A DNA stretch of 64,000 nucleotides, from NCBI GenBank assembly GCA_964446235.1, contig CAYUNW010000004.1, positions 141 to 64,140 on the forward strand, in the 5' to 3' direction. The position numbers and the translations under genes are program-made. The DNA comes from an uncultured Gammaproteobacteria bacterium. Lineage in GTDB: Bacteria; Patescibacteriota; Microgenomatia; 2-02-FULL-39-11. A model generated the notes under the pieces. The model was not told where the DNA came from, made no database searches, and saw only the letters and a list, made by a program, of their open reading frames with translations. Positions 63,478 through 64,000 of this stretch are shown piece after piece. How positions within the stretch are numbered: position 1 is the first letter of the stretch; every line of letters begins with the position of its first letter.

Positions 63478-64000
63478 AATTACTGATATTGGGAATTGAC
63501 GGTTTTGACTCTAATATTATCGAAAAACTCTGGGAAAAAGATAAACTTCCTAATCTTAAAAAATTGAAAACAAATTGGTCTTTCCGTAAATTAATCACCA
63601 CCAATCCTCCTCAAAGCCCGGTAGTCTGGGCTACAATAGCTACCGGTACTAATCCCGGACAACACGGTATTTTTGATTTTATTACGGTTGATTTCGATAC
63701 TTATCTGCCGAAATTATCAATTATAAAACCCAATAAAAATAATATATTCGGACTTCGCGCTAAATTATTTTCGAATACAATATCAACCAATCCTTATTGG
63801 TACTATACTTCAAAAGCAAAAATTCCCACCTCTACTACTAAGTGGCCGGTGACATTCCCTCCTCCCAAGGTTTGGGGCACCTCTATTTCTGGACTGGGAG
63901 TGCCGGATATCAATAATACTCTTGGCCGTTATACTTTTCTTACGACTGACGCTAATTATAAAAATCAGGATTTAAAAGGAGAAGTTATAAAAATTGATAA
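63474..64000 (+). CDS. alkaline phosphatase family protein (type I phosphodiesterase/nucleotide pyrophosphatase-like), 3' end cut by window edge
   Basis: Not in the ORF track because no stop falls in the window. My translation from the ATG at 63474 is open to base 64000: MKLLILGIDGFDSNIIEKLWEKDKLPNLKKL...TTNPPQSPVVWATIATGTNPGQHGIFDF. Confidence 0.65.
   Translation, partial: MKLLILGIDGFDSNIIEKLWEKDKLPNLKKLKTNWSFRKLITTNPPQSPVVWATIATGTNPGQHGIFDFITVDFDTYLPKLSIIKPNKNNIFGLRAKLFSNTISTNPYWYYTSKAKIPTSTTKWPVTFPPPKVWGTSISGLGVPDINNTLGRYTFLTTDANYKNQDLKGEVIKID

Noticed and set aside
1-64000. Alternative genetic code (UGA recoded, as in SR1/Gracilibacteria), CRISPR arrays, tRNA/rRNA genes, transposases/integrases and DGR reverse-transcriptase/TR-VR pairs.
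   Set aside because: TGA terminates several well-supported genes (for example 33552, 59216..59218, 63475..63477), and long ORFs are intact under code 11. No spaced direct-repeat array, GC-rich cloverleaf-sized island, recombinase or reverse-transcriptase motif was seen by eye. A tRNAscan/Infernal run would be needed for certainty.

Overview
This is a visibly AT-rich, very gene-dense bacterial chromosome segment. I call about 72 CDS; intergenic gaps are mostly under 120 bp. ORFs are intact under the standard code, and TGA acts as a stop. I recognised no rRNA, tRNA, CRISPR array, transposase, integrase or prophage genes. The gene content fits a streamlined Candidate Phyla Radiation / Patescibacteria-type organism, which is inference only: form III RuBisCO plus ribose-1,5-bisphosphate isomerase plus AMP phosphorylase, little other metabolism, a Gram-positive-style envelope toolkit (MurJ, MltG, two FemAB, LCP, TagO/WecA-like), PilN/PilO-like genes and many shortened housekeeping proteins. 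Main blocks in order: (1) 5'-truncated AMP phosphorylase, MltG, then the hrcA-grpE-dnaK-dnaJ operon with a CIRCE operator. (2) murJ, rpsT, a PilN/PilO-like cluster with a large surface protein, LCP, tpiA and a UvrD-type helicase. (3) Two FemAB genes flanking a TPR GT-C protein, Nif3, and a helicase-nuclease fusion. (4) A HlyD/ABC/FtsX efflux operon, a secreted protein and an OmpR-type two-component system, each preceded by the same pho-box-like 7-4-7 direct repeat. (5) A small metal/redox island: ArsR, DUF302-glutaredoxin, DUF134, DUF5320, ZupT, DUF4342. (6) rmuC, metG, tatD and a glycan operon (GT2 synthase, GT-C, TagO/WecA-like). (7) A CIRCE-controlled hsp20, cutA and xseAB. (8) Phosphoribulokinase convergent with an e2b2-RuBisCO operon. 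(9) Two Cas4-like nucleases, an RRM protein and zinc-ribbon / zinc-finger proteins. (10) The most unusual locus, 57.1-64.0 kb: an untracked 54-aa tripeptide-repeat peptide, a cupin, a single-chain CysN(G-domain)-CysD sulfate-adenylyltransferase fusion, and in the same tight operon two tandem membrane-anchored sulfatase-fold proteins with a Thr in place of the formylglycine Cys/Ser, a small membrane protein and a third alkaline-phosphatase-superfamily enzyme. A recurring cis pattern is a good -10 hexamer 6-9 nt upstream of start codons that lack a Shine-Dalgarno, suggesting leaderless mRNAs; other genes carry strong AGGAGG sites. All assignments come from reading motifs by eye. No database search or computation was run.
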